The notes below the pieces were generated by a model. That model worked only from the letters and a program-made list of their open reading frames with translations, was not told where the DNA came from and did not search any database. A program made the position numbers and the translations under genes. A stretch of DNA of 63,227 nucleotides, the filler included, from Rhizaria sp. SCN 62-66 (lineage: Eukaryota): the NCBI GenBank assembly GCA_001724265.1. It is 11 parts of 11 records of this genome, joined end to end, with 100 filler letters (N's around TTAATTAATTAA, not from the genome) between each part and the next. Parts side by side here need not be neighbours in the genome. Positions count along the whole stretch, not along the records: positions 58,159 to 63,227 come from MEDY01000710.1; 10 more parts are not named here. One strand, written 5' to 3'. The stretch's first letter is position 1; each line of letters begins with the position of its first letter. Shown here one piece after another: positions 62,301-63,227 of this stretch.

Positions 62301-63227
62301 AACAGCACCGCGAGCCGCGGCAGTGGCAGCGGCGGCGGCAGCGCGAGCTCTGGGGGATCGGGCTTCGGCTCTGCCGCGGGCTCACTCGACTCCACCGCGG
62401 CGGCTGCCGGCGCGACGCCCCCGGCACCTGGCTCGGACGCTCTGGGCAGCAACGCCCCGACACCCGGCAGCGGCAGCGGCGGCGCGGGCGCCGGCCCCGG
62501 TGCGCGCGCGGTCGCGATGCTGGAGCGCGGGCAGCGCGTGGAGCTGGGCAACGGGCTGGTATTGGCCGTGCCGCTCGTGCCCGTCGCGCCTGCGCCCGGC
62601 GCCGCCTCCGGAGCGCCCCGCTGGCCCCTCGTCTACGCAAACGGCTCCACAGCGTTCCCAGGTATGTTTCAATAACAAAATTGATTTTATTTGTATTCGC
62701 GGTTTGTTTTTGTATTTGATTTAGTTGTTACTTCTCTCTCCATATATCTCACTCTCCCAACAACAACAACAACAACAACAACAACAAAATCGTCTTGCTT
62801 CTCTCTTGCTTTCCTTGCTTTTGCAGGAAGCTCCGGCGACGCCCTGTCGCAGCAGCTGGGTGCACCGCTGCTGGGCCACTCTGCGGCCTTCGCCGCGGGT
62901 CCCGGCGCCGCGGGCGCGGTGGTCCCGCGCGGCCCGCGCACGGGCGCCCCGCGCGCGCTGTCATCGACGCGCTGCGTGGTCTCGGTGCCCGCAACGCTGC
63001 AGCACTCGGGCTTCGTGCGCCACTTCCTCATTGCGCGCGGGCTCGCGGACGCGCAGCGCGCGCCCACCAAGCTGCGCCTCAGCACCACGGCGCCGCTGCC
63101 GCCCGCCGCGGCCGCAGCGGCCGCCGCGCGCACGCAGGCCGCGGCGCTGCTGGCCGCCGAGGCCGCGTCGTCGCGTGCGGCCCTGGGCACCGCCCGCGCC
63201 GCGCTGCGCGGGGCCGTGGGCGCGCTC
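59307..63227 (+). CDS. FAM227: FAM227-like (FWWh-domain) protein. In-frame TAG at 60750-60752, intron 62662-62826, 3' partial
   Basis: LVLDLFWYAF..LLDRLAHCHVALLLSLP..RDAALHHLPAALAH..MHGYVP, and after the intron QHSGFVRHFL..KLRLSTTAPLP, both resembling FAM227A/B. ORFs 59307 and 60795 share a frame. Confidence 0.72.
62758..62786. repeat. (CAA)n microsatellite inside the intron
   Basis: About 9 CAA units. Confidence 0.9.

Overview
The window is a pseudo-scaffold of 11 unrelated ~5-6 kb contigs, joined by 100-nt spacers (44 N + TTAATTAATTAA + 44 N). The source is a eukaryote, probably a flagellated protist, with GC-rich Ala-rich exons, AT-rich intergenic DNA and 100-230 nt GT-AG introns. Mobile elements: an APE-RT non-LTR retrotransposon, a Ty1/copia pol, a circularly permuted Ty3/gypsy chromovirus with one LTR, and a dead DDE_1 transposase. 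Host features: tRNA-Met(CAT), LTO1/ORAOV1, FAM227-like, ankyrin, B-box, kinase and C2-like genes, a polyQ Zn-finger regulator, a CBM52-like repeat protein and three large surface proteins. Main finding: a non-standard nuclear genetic code in which UAG is a sense codon, most likely Gln, while UAA and UGA remain stops. Seven in-frame TAGs interrupt otherwise continuous genes on five separate contigs, one of them inside an ankyrin repeat. I found no in-frame internal TAA or TGA with the same frame continuing, and the recognisable true C-termini end in TAA or TGA. All domain calls come from motif recognition by eye, not from database searches.
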